From Bugula neritina (taxonomy: Eukaryota; Animalia; Bryozoa): 64,000 bases of DNA. The translations under genes were made by a program, and so were the position numbers. This document shows, piece after piece, positions 34,389 to 44,755 of this stretch (position 1 is its first letter; every line of letters starts with the position of its first letter). The notes beneath the pieces were generated by a model. It worked only from the letters and a program-made list of their open reading frames with translations, was not told the origin of the DNA and did not search any database. The DNA is taken from positions 6,852,741 to 6,916,740 of the forward strand of contig OZ037768.1 of the NCBI GenBank assembly GCA_964035545.1, read 5' to 3'.

Positions 34389-34639
34389 CGCATCGATATA
34401 CCACAGCGATGGCGTCCCTCCCCCCCCCCCCTGTCTCCCCAAGGCCTTCTCGTAAACGGCGTTGGCCATCTTCATCCCCCAACCGACACTCTGCCCCTGC
34501 CCGGAATCTGGGCGAGGCAGAAGAGCGGATACGAGAATTAGAGAAAGAGGTGCAAAGACTGACACCGAGAATCTCCGCCGCCGCATCAGAACTCCGGGCC
34601 CTCTCTACCTCTGTAGCCCGAATGAAAGGAAGTGCTTGA
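34385..34639 (+). CDS. Retrotransposon ORF4 (84 aa; Pro-rich, RKRR, coiled-coil) or detached C-terminus of ORF3
   Basis: ATG overlaps the ORF3 stop (ATGA); PSRKRR; heptad-like LGEAEERIRELEKEVQRL..ISAAASELRALSTSVARM. Confidence 0.55.
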   Translation: MTHRYTTAMASLPPPPVSPRPSRKRRWPSSSPNRHSAPARNLGEAEERIRELEKEVQRLTPRISAAASELRALSTSVARMKGSA

Positions 34640-34980
34640 AGATGATATCCCCCAAACTCCCTATCCGTGATGGTACTGCAGGTGGTGCCCCATTCCGGAC
34701 CCTTCTCACGCCGGTGCTCACAAACAATTACTCAGTGTAACAATATATAGTAACCTACCAGTATACAGCTCTACCTCTATAAACTATCCCCTTATAAGTG
34801 CCTCCCGCCGGTGCCATTGTGTATTTACTGTTATATTTTTTTATATGTATATGTTTTCTTATTACTGTACATAGCCATGTTTTTCTTTTATGTGCCACAC
34901 GCTCTCTCAGTTTTTAGTTTTATAACATTTTATGTTCGAATTTATTGTATCTGTGTTATCAGAAAGTAGGGCTTTCTGCT

Positions 34981-34990
34981 GGGGGGGCGG
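34981..34990 (+). promoter_or_regulatory. Polypurine tract
   Basis: GGGGGGGCGG immediately 5' of the 3' LTR. Confidence 0.85.
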
Positions 34991-35263
34991 TGTAGTGAGG
35001 ACGTAATACGCGCGTCCCCCGTATTCCTTCAGCCTATCCGAGTGCGTCACGTGATAACCCTCAGCTAGTAGTAGTTTGTCAGTAGAGAGAGCGTATTAAC
35101 TAAGCGAAGATGTAATCTCTAATCTGTGTACGTGCTCTATCTTTTATATAATTAGTAGCGAATAAACTTTGGAAACTCTTACTTAAATACTTTATTGATG
35201 TGGATAAATAGACTATAATTACAAGCTAGGAACCCACGCATAGTAATTGCACAAATTACTACA
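34991..35263 (+). repeat. 3' LTR (273 bp)
   Basis: Near-identical to 27666-27937; followed by TSD ATAC. Confidence 0.96.
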
Positions 35264-35466
35264 ATACAATCCTGGCTCGTTGTTCTTTCACGTTAAAGGT
35301 CTGCTGTCTGTGTGGTCAGCTGTTGAGGTAGTAAGTGACAGGTAGATCTCCATAGGCCACATTGCTCTTTGAATAAAACTATTTTTTACCTTTCATTATT
35401 TGTGTCATTTTGACTCGATAATTTTAATAATGCAATTTTACCTTTTGCAGGTGAAATGGCACGAGA

Positions 35467-38400
35467 ATGGAGCATATTGCTGTAATATTTTTCACTTTCA
35501 TTTTGATATCAATAATAAGTTTTGTTGTGAAAACACTTACAACATCATCTGGTAGCAAACTCAAAGGAAACTCTCTAGATGACTTTATTTTACAAAAAGG
35601 TATTTGCTCATTATTTCTTTTAGGCCTTATAGATCTGATAGTCCTAATTTTTTCCTATAAGATTTTAAATGGACTTTCTGCTTTTTATTGATCCAATGCA
35701 AATCCTTCATGTAAAGTTCCCTTATTCTCTTCACCAGAAAACTTTGCATGAATAAGCTAGTCTTACAATTGAAGGCATTCTATATAGTACAATTCATTTG
35801 CAATTTTAAATAGTAATAAGTATAGCCTATTTTTCACAGTTGGCTGAGTAACTCAATATTTATAGACTGGCTCATTTGGATACATTTGGCTAACGTGTTT
35901 TGTGTTGTATTGATAATTTTTATTGAAAGCTTAAAAATGGATTTTTTTTAGTAGACTATTACTTTTATTTGATGCATGTTTACAGATGTCACGAATGTGC
36001 CAGTGGATTCAAGTAAAAGACACAAATATTATGAGAAATTCAGTAAAAAGCGTGGCATTCAAATAAGAATAGTGTTTGGCACGGAATATGGCGCTTCAGA
36101 AGACGTTGCAAAGACTCTGTATAAAAAGTGTAATTTACAGCTTTAATTCTCTTCTTTTTTCTTCATAGTCAAAAGTCATTAATTTTTACCAATTTAAAAT
36201 TACAGCAAAATTGTTTTGGTGTAAAAACTTCTTTGCCTAAAAATATTTGCTTGCATCACAGTCTTTAATATTACATCCTAACAGGCTGCTTTTCTATACG
36301 GAATGATTAATACTTTTCCAGAATAGCCCGTGATTATAACTCTGAAGACAGTCAGTTTCATCCTCGGCTTGTCAACTGTAAGAACTATCAGTTTTTGGAC
36401 TGGAGGAATGAACAGTTGATGCTGTTTATCATATCTACCAGCGGTGATGGTAAGCTGCATTGATATACCTATATAATCTTGCAGAACACTAAATCTAGAT
36501 TTACTAAATTATCATTGGTTGTCCGTAGGTAAAGTTTAACTGAAATAGCATTGTTTTAACATGCAGATGAGTGTAATATGTGATAATAGGGCTATCTCAT
36601 TGCTTTAGTATACATATGGGTGTTAGATGTAATGATGTGCTATTCCATTGCTTTAGGGGTGCCGCCTACAGATGCTAGAGAGTTTGTAGAATTCCTCGAC
36701 TCCACAAAACTAGATTTAAGTCGCTTACATTACTCAGTGTTGGCCTTAGGGGACTCCAACTACCCCCAGTACTGTAAAACTGGTATACATGTGCACAACA
36801 GGTTAGCTCAAATGACTGTTATCTGGGCACAGAGTAATCAACAGTTGAAACTGTTACATATTTTCACATTCTATTTTTATTTTGATGTATGTTTTTACCT
36901 TGTTTATATTATAAGAGATGGGAACAAAATTTTATAGTCCTAAAATTTTAATCTTTCAACTAAAATTCTTTAAAAACATCATTTGCAGCAATTGCTATAC
37001 ACATAATTCGTACTTCTATGTATGTATACTACACAAGTTTTATTATTGAAGTGAAGGTATTAAGCTAATGCTATTGTTTACATTCTCTTCTCACTAGATT
37101 GCAAACTTTAGGAGCCATAGAGTTTGTGCCGAAGCACAATGTTGACATGGAGAATGCCGAAACTATTGAGAAATGGATGTGCTCTGTGCTGGAAACTTTA
37201 CCAGCCTTGAATATAGATCCACAGGAGGACTATTTAAACCTTGTAGAGGAGCAGGATTCGAGTTCATACAATCGAAATAAACCTTTTCATGCTACAATCA
37301 AAGTATGTTTTTCTGGCCAATCATATTTATAAAATAATACGGAAATAACGGAATAAAACTGTTAGTATTGTTGAAATACATAAGTTTGTTGTTTATGTTG
37401 TGGGAACAGAAGAAGTATATGCTTACAACTCCAAGTTCGGTGGGTGACAAGGAAACGATGCATCTTGAGATTGACCTTTCTGGTAGCTGCTTGTCATGGG
37501 TTTCAGGTGAAGTAAACACTCATATTTTATTCATGATATTGTTATTAAATTACAGTTTATTACTTTATAAGATAAAACTGAATTTGTTTTTTTATTTACA
37601 TTGAAAATTCTATTTATTCATGAACATCATTTCGTGAGATTTCATATTAGAAATAACATTTTGTATAATAATGTTGGTCATTTATAATGTACCTTGTGAT
37701 TAGTTTTTTACTAATGTGTTGATATCTGCTGTATACGTACACTGATTGTTTTATATGTTTTGATTGAATTCCATCCATTATTGAACACTTTTTTAACATT
37801 CTGGATTTTAGGATGGTGTCATTAAAATGATATTTTATGGTGTTTGGTATAATTGGTTGCTGGTTTGTTTTATTGTGTCAAATTTAAACACAATAAGAGA
37901 TGCTACTGCTAAATTCTCGAGTTGTAAAATGCTGCTCATGTGTGTGAATAGGCGATGCTTTAGGAATATACCCAGAAAATAATCCACCAGAAGTTGTGGA
38001 AGTGTTGCATGCTGCTAAACTCGATGGCACTGGAATAGTATACGTAGAGCACCCAGCATGCCAAGGTACATTGTTGTGAAGTTGAGTGTATGTAAATGTC
38101 TATATCTGTACAGCAAGGCTATTAATATATATACTGCCTGCTTTGGTATTTAAACATTCTATTTTTTTTATAATATTTTTTTAGTTGAAAAGGTCACTTT
38201 ACAAACAGCTCTGACTAAGTATTATAATTTAAAAGACCCTCCAAGTGCTCTTATCAAGTATTCGGTGATCAAAGATCCCGCCAACAAGGTATGATAGACA
38301 TGGTTGATGTTACTGTAACAAAAAAATTGAAAAAACATTAGTGCTATGTGTGTTGCTTGGTGAAACATAATGCTTTAAGATGTAAGAATTTTATATTTAA

Positions 38401-40517
38401 GTCTGCAGTCAGAAGTTTCACTAAGTTGCTAAAGCTTCTAGTTGAAGCTTCGTTCAGTGCATTTGATTAGCTAATAATGATAAATTGTTCAACATTTAAG
38501 TTTGAAAATGTTTAAACTAGAATATATTTGTGGATAAATAGTTTAGTGAAGAAAAGGAGTTACTAGGTGAAGTCAGGGATGTGCTCTCCAATTGCAAGAA
38601 TGTTAGCTGGTCTGGACAGGGATTGGTCGACTTGCTCAAACCTTTGCAACCTCGCTACTACTCTATTTCATCCTCTCCATTAATTGTAAGCTCTCATATT
38701 ATCATATCTGCCATTTTATATTTGGCTAGAAGTTTTAGTTTGAGTTTTTATTTTAGAATGAATATAAATTTGCAGCTAGCATTATTAGCATTGATTTGCA
38801 CTGTAAATCTTGACACAAATGTTGCTGAGGTTGTTCCATAAATTTAACTTAGTTTTATTCTCAACATTTATCCCAAAACGCTGCTGAATCGACTGGTGAA
38901 TTTGCTAACATTTAGCATGTAAGTCCGATGAAATCAGAAAAGTGTAAATGAACCAGCTTTAGAACAAAACAATCTCAAGATTCTGAAACAATTTGAAGCA
39001 ATATCAATTATATTTGTATTAATTGCTCTAACTTCTGTGTAGCAAACAACTTTTATGTATTTTCACATCTTTCTAATACCCATATATTATATTCTAATTG
39101 CTGTATTATAATATTATAGTTGTGATATTCAAATTTTGTTAAATTTCAGAATCCCAACACCGCTTGCATCACTGTTGCCTCTGTCAAATACCAACTGTTG
39201 GGAAAAGACAGGACTGGTGTTTGTTCTGTATACCTTAATGACAGGTAGGTAGTCTATTGCTTTTTTATTTCATTCATTCTTTATGGTAAATTTTTCATAT
39301 CTGATTTTACAGGTAGTTATGTTGTTTTAGATGCTCTGCTGGAACAAGTTTAGGTGTGTTTATCAGCCAAAACCCTGATTTCCGTTTGCCAGCCAATGGC
39401 AACACAGACATCTTGTTGATTGGGCCAGGAACTGGAATTGCCCCATTCATGGCGTTTATTGCTGAGCGTGGTAATTCAACCTAATTATCTACCATTACTA
39501 GATGTGAAATGCAGGAATATTTCATCTTCACTTTTGAACCTTAATGACTGTATCACAAAAGTTTAATCCTGTTAGTTTTTCAGCCTCAAATTGCAGTTTT
39601 TTTCAGCAAGTGAACATGTTTCATTAGCCTGTAATGTATTGCTTCATAGCCTAGAATATTCTGCATGTTGAAATTTCTAACAATTCAGATACTCAGATAA
39701 TATTGATGTGGGGAATATAGAAAAGGTTTGATTTTGCCGCAGAATAATTCTAAACAAGCCAGGTTGAACCTGAGTGTAATTCATTCTAATATTAGCTATC
39801 TATAAATTATTGGTAACTGGTGAGTTTCGATAATTCATGGTTATTCTGTAGTTCAAGAAGGTGCTCAAGGACGAACAATTTTATATTTTGGTTGCCGAAG
39901 TAAGCTGAAAGATTTCCTATACAAGGATCAGTTAGGTACAGCATTGTGTATACAAATTGTAACAATTTCATGTAAACCACAGACACTTTTTGACTAGATG
40001 AAAAGTTTTCAACTAATTATCTTTTGTAGGCCAATGGGAAAAAGACAATCACATCGAGTTGCATTGCGCATTTTCACGAGACAATCCAAATCGTAAAATG
40101 TATGTACAAGACTTGCTAGCAAAACAGCACAGTGATGTCTATCAACTTATGCAGGTGAGATTCAGTTTTTACACAACTGTATGTAAGTATTGCATTCAGT
40201 TTGCAGTAGAATATTTTGATGCTGGAGCATAATAAACAGCCTAATAAACATTTGGTTTTTTAATATTCTGTTGTATTATACTATTTACAAATATATCTGG
40301 TTATTAAACACTCACACACAATTATATGTATGAATATATCAATTTGTAGAAAGGTGGACATGTGTATGTTTGTGGAGACGCAACTTATATGGCTCACGAT
40401 GTGCACAACACCCTGATAGACATATGTGTTAAAGAAGGTTTAACAAAAGATAGAGCTGTGGAATTTCTTAGTATGTTGTCATCTCATGGAAGATACCAGA
40501 AGGATGTTTGGGTTTGA
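35467..40517 (+). CDS. Membrane-anchored NADPH-dependent diflavin (FMN/FAD) oxidoreductase, CPR/CysJ-like (~607 aa, 14 coding exons)
   Basis: Exons 35467-35599, 35986-36127, 36322-36449, 36657-36801, 37098-37302, 37410-37506, 37952-38065, 38185-38288, 38542-38685, 39150-39244, 39331-39470, 39852-39935, 40030-40154, 40350-40517 (1824 nt). N-terminal hydrophobic helix; flavodoxin [30 protein letters not shown]; [16 protein letters not shown]; [43 protein letters not shown]. Confidence 0.9.
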
Positions 40518-43500
40518 ACTGCTATATGCTAGCAACAATATATAATTTTATAAATAAATCGTCTCCACCAACGAATTAAACTGGTTCTACAGTCATGGTG
40601 TATGGATATAAGTAATGACTACAACCCTAGAGACACAATGGTGAAAAATACATAAAATATCGAAATCTAAAGATTAGCCACTTGCATCTGCCCAAAATTT
40701 TACATGTGGTCATTACGTTATATATATAAATACATACATGCATATAATATATATATATATATATATTAATATATATATATATTAATATATAACCCATTTA
40801 GATTAATTTACATTTTGATTTCTAGCCATAGCTGCAGACTCCAAGAACCTGGTGTGAAGGTTTTATTTTGAGCTACATAGCTCTTTTGCCTTATTCCATG
40901 CTGACAGAATGGCTTAAAATCAAAGCAGCATAGAAGCAATTTCAACCACATGACCTACACACCGTTGCCCATTATCCTTTTTTCTCATGCTAGACAAGCA
41001 TCTATATTCATTAGGCCAAAGGTTTTTAATATATCAGTGGATCTGTAGAAGGTAACAAGATGTCTTGTTCTATAACATGACCAACTAGATCACATAGGAA
41101 TCCAAAAAAAGAATTTATAATTTTCTCACATTTCTCACAAGTGATGGACCTACATAATCAACCAAACCAAACCTGCTTGACATCAGTATTACTGCCTGCT
41201 AAACAACATGAGCCTCTGTAACTTTTGTCTACATTCCGAAAGGTGAAATTACCATTCTATTTTAAATGATCTTCAATAATACACTAAAGGGCTGCAACTA
41301 ATGGTATCTCCAGAAGGAATACATTGCATGTTTGGCACTAGAATTAGAGGTATTTAGACTAAGATAAAGTTTTTGGAGTGTATTTACAACATAAATTGCT
41401 ATACACACAATACAAGGATAATATGGAACATCATACACAAAATTAACTACATATATGGTTACATATAGGGATAATCTATAATTTGTCAAAACTAAGACAA
41501 GTTGATACAGGTCTAATGGCATAGCTAAAATAGGATTAATACTAATCTATATACCCACACCTGACCCAGTAGTTGAGTGAAAGGGTCAAAAATTGAAGAA
41601 TAATATACATTACAGTCTCAATGTTTTCAGCATGAAAGATACAGAGGGACTGACAAGCTACAGGTCATTCACTTCTGTGGTGTTGAATCCTTGTGCGACT
41701 GCTCACTTTGAGGGTGATTCTCATCAAGTTCTCCAGACTTAATTATACTCTTTCAATACTGTTTAAATCTGATAGTATTATATTCCATGGAGTGCTACTA
41801 CATAGATACTAAACTGTATACATGTGTACAATTTATGCTACACGTATCTTTTGATGACTCTTCTACTATTATATGATGTCTCTATCTTGAAGGGATATTT
41901 TTTACCAGATGATAAGCGAGTCCCATATATTGCCTGAAACATGGACATGTGTAAGGAATTTGTTACAAACTTAAACGAAGTCTCTATGTGTGCATCACTG
42001 AGTTAGAACATCTTACACGTGGCATAACTCATCAACAACCATCTAGCATTATATAAATAAATGGAATAGGCTTGCAGTTGTTTAAACAAATATAAAAAAA
42101 CTGTAAAACAGACTTGGCATTTGCACATATAGCCTGATGTAAGATATCTCGAAAAATAATTTCCCTCTTTTGAAAGTCGAGGTTTTTTTTAACCATAATT
42201 TAACATTAAGTGCTAAACCATTTAGTGTAAATTAATTACATTTCAAAATTCATATCATTTGAACCAAAAGTTTTAACCTTTCCATTTTTCTATTCATTGA
42301 CATAAACATTGTTACTTTTAAAAATTGTTCATTCAAGTATGTACATCATTTTATCAAATTAAATAAAAATTATTTAAAAAATACTACAGCTTGCTGTACA
42401 ATTGTGTGCACACAGTAATTTTTCAAATTCTTTGCTGCACTTTTTTCCAGATTTATCTGAGTAGTGTATAAGGCAGAACCTAACAATATTTTTTAATAAG
42501 CAATGATTTTCACCCGTTAGAAAATGCCATATATTACACTAACTTGCCCAGTAAAACGAAATCTAAGCCTTCACTTAATTACAAGTAATTAATAGCTATT
42601 ATTACAGTTGTAGGCACTTTGTTTCTAATTAAAGGAATATAAATAGCTTGGTCATATATTTTAAGTTTGAATCAAAAACCTGATCCATGACATTAAATGT
42701 ATTCATTAATTCTAACGATAAAACACCAATATGCATCCAATTCTCTGTAAATATAAAAGCAGCCTTGAACTTCCTTTAGCTGAATGCAATAACTAGGGTT
42801 TAGCTCATTCGCTCTCCACAAGATCATTTAAGGTAACGAAATGCGAGACCCAAAACAGCTGACACACAAATACTTCCACTTCTCATGAAATGTGTTCACT
42901 ATGGAGTACAAGACCATTGGCAGCTCTGATCATTCTGTGAGATGGCAAAGGATTCAAATATGCTCAAACTTGACCGTGTGACAATTGACCACATAAATCG
43001 TGACAATGCAAAAACAGCACTTTTGCATCTACCTTCCTTACTTATTTAGGAGATTAGTTTTGTGTGAAAATTCTAACTGGCATGTAAAAGATTCATAAGT
43101 GAGTCCTCATTGCTGTAGCATGCAGGTGGCAGTTGAAATTCAACAGGGTTCAACATCATATCTTGGCTAAAGTTTACAGAAGCCTGTTGTGATCAATTAG
43201 AACCATGGTGGTAGCTAATGTGGTAGTTAGTGCATGTGTAGCAGTGCAGGCACTTCTGGACCATGTGTATTGGCAATGAATGCGTAGCTGTGTATTATTG
43301 GTCTGTTTATGATGGGTAATATCATTCATATATGGTAGAAAATATTTTGCATAAATACATCAGTTCTCCTTACACTTGTCAAAACTACAACGAAAATACA
43401 TTTTGTTTTGTGAAACTTGCTCGTATCTAGACATTGAAAAACATGTAAAACGCTACATTTTATTACCACATTTATGGCGAAGCCAGCTGAATAGGTTGAC

Positions 43501-44755
43501 CATCCGTTACACTTGTATTATGATGCTTGGAAATTTTTACTACTATATTTAATGTTACACAAAATTTGCTTGTAGTGAAATCCTATGTACATGTGCTTTC
43601 CCAGTACCAATACTGTTTAGATTTTGCCTTAATAAAAATGACAAAACATTGGTAATAAACGCATACTCATCAATGCACACCAAACTATATAGCCATTACA
43701 AAATGTAGCCCTTGTGAATTATTAGCATTTTCTGATTATTAAAATACATCTTAGGAGTTATTTCATTTGTACACTCTTCCTTTATCTACTCAGGTTTCAT
43801 CTCTGAAAAGAATGCTCATGGACTTCATACTTATGAATGGACTACACTCTCATTTGATCCATATTGTGCTAATCATATTATAAGCCGATGGCCTAACCGA
43901 CCACAATGTCATATCGTAAGTTGAGCAAAGGATGTTATACTCTCACTAAGTCTTATATGCAGATGTACACTAAATATATTATTTTACTCTTTTGACTCCA
44001 TTTGGAAGTAAAGATTCGATTATATACACTCCAAGCTCTCTCTTAAAAACCTTTACAACATGCATGCATGATAGATGACTTCCGTTGCCAGATGTATATT
44101 GTATCACTTTGTTCTTTTAGAAGCCGAAAATATCCAAGTTATGACTGAAGTTAACACCTTTTTTTACAGAAAATAAGGGTATTTCTCATTCTCTGTAAAA
44201 TTTGCTACGACTTGTGAAATGATCTAAGAGACATTTAAAATACCAGAATCCGCTTCGTTGACAAAATTATCACATGACTATGCATGCAAGTAGTTGGAGA
44301 AGAAAGCTTGAACCAGTTTTGTATATAAGTTTAGAACATAACCTTAGTGTTGCTCACTGCAAGAATAATATTTGATTCTCACGATAAAGAACAAGGGGTC
44401 ATTTTGCTTTCAGTTCGACCCAATAAATGGCAATCTGAATAAAATTTTAGCCTAAAGCTACAGGGAAAAGTGCTTATGCCAGACATCTACAGCAAAGCAT
44501 GATGGCTGGGTCACAGAGATGACAAAATACGTGATCCAATACCAACTATACCATTTGGGAACCTTATATCATTGGAGAGACGCAATTACCATGTCATCTT
44601 GACCTACTACTTAGGACTGGTATTGAGGTATAACAGCAACAATTTCTGCGATGGAGGTTACAAGTCACCTCCTCAAAAGACTGGCGGAACAATAAACTGA
44701 CTCTAGAAGACCGGGTGGCTGACAAATACCTCAGATCAATACCTACCATCCACTT

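Larger units (their letters stand above)
27666..35263 (+). mobile_element. Full-length Ty3/Gypsy LTR retrotransposon (7598 bp), recent insertion, with extra ORF(s) downstream of pol
   Basis: Paired LTRs with TGTAGT...ACTACA ends; 4-bp TSD ATAC (27662-27665 and 35264-35267); PBS and PPT; domain order gag-PR-RT-RH-IN; markedly GC/CpG-richer than the host. Confidence 0.97.

Noticed and set aside
35467-40517. Recent bacterial horizontal transfer or contamination for the CysJ-like reductase
   Set aside because: 13 canonical introns, host-like composition, and embedded among animal genes.
40520-44750. 4.2-kb gap between the convergent reductase and RBM12-like genes
   Set aside because: No exon chain, RNA gene or terminal repeats recognised; probably 3' UTRs/intergenic.
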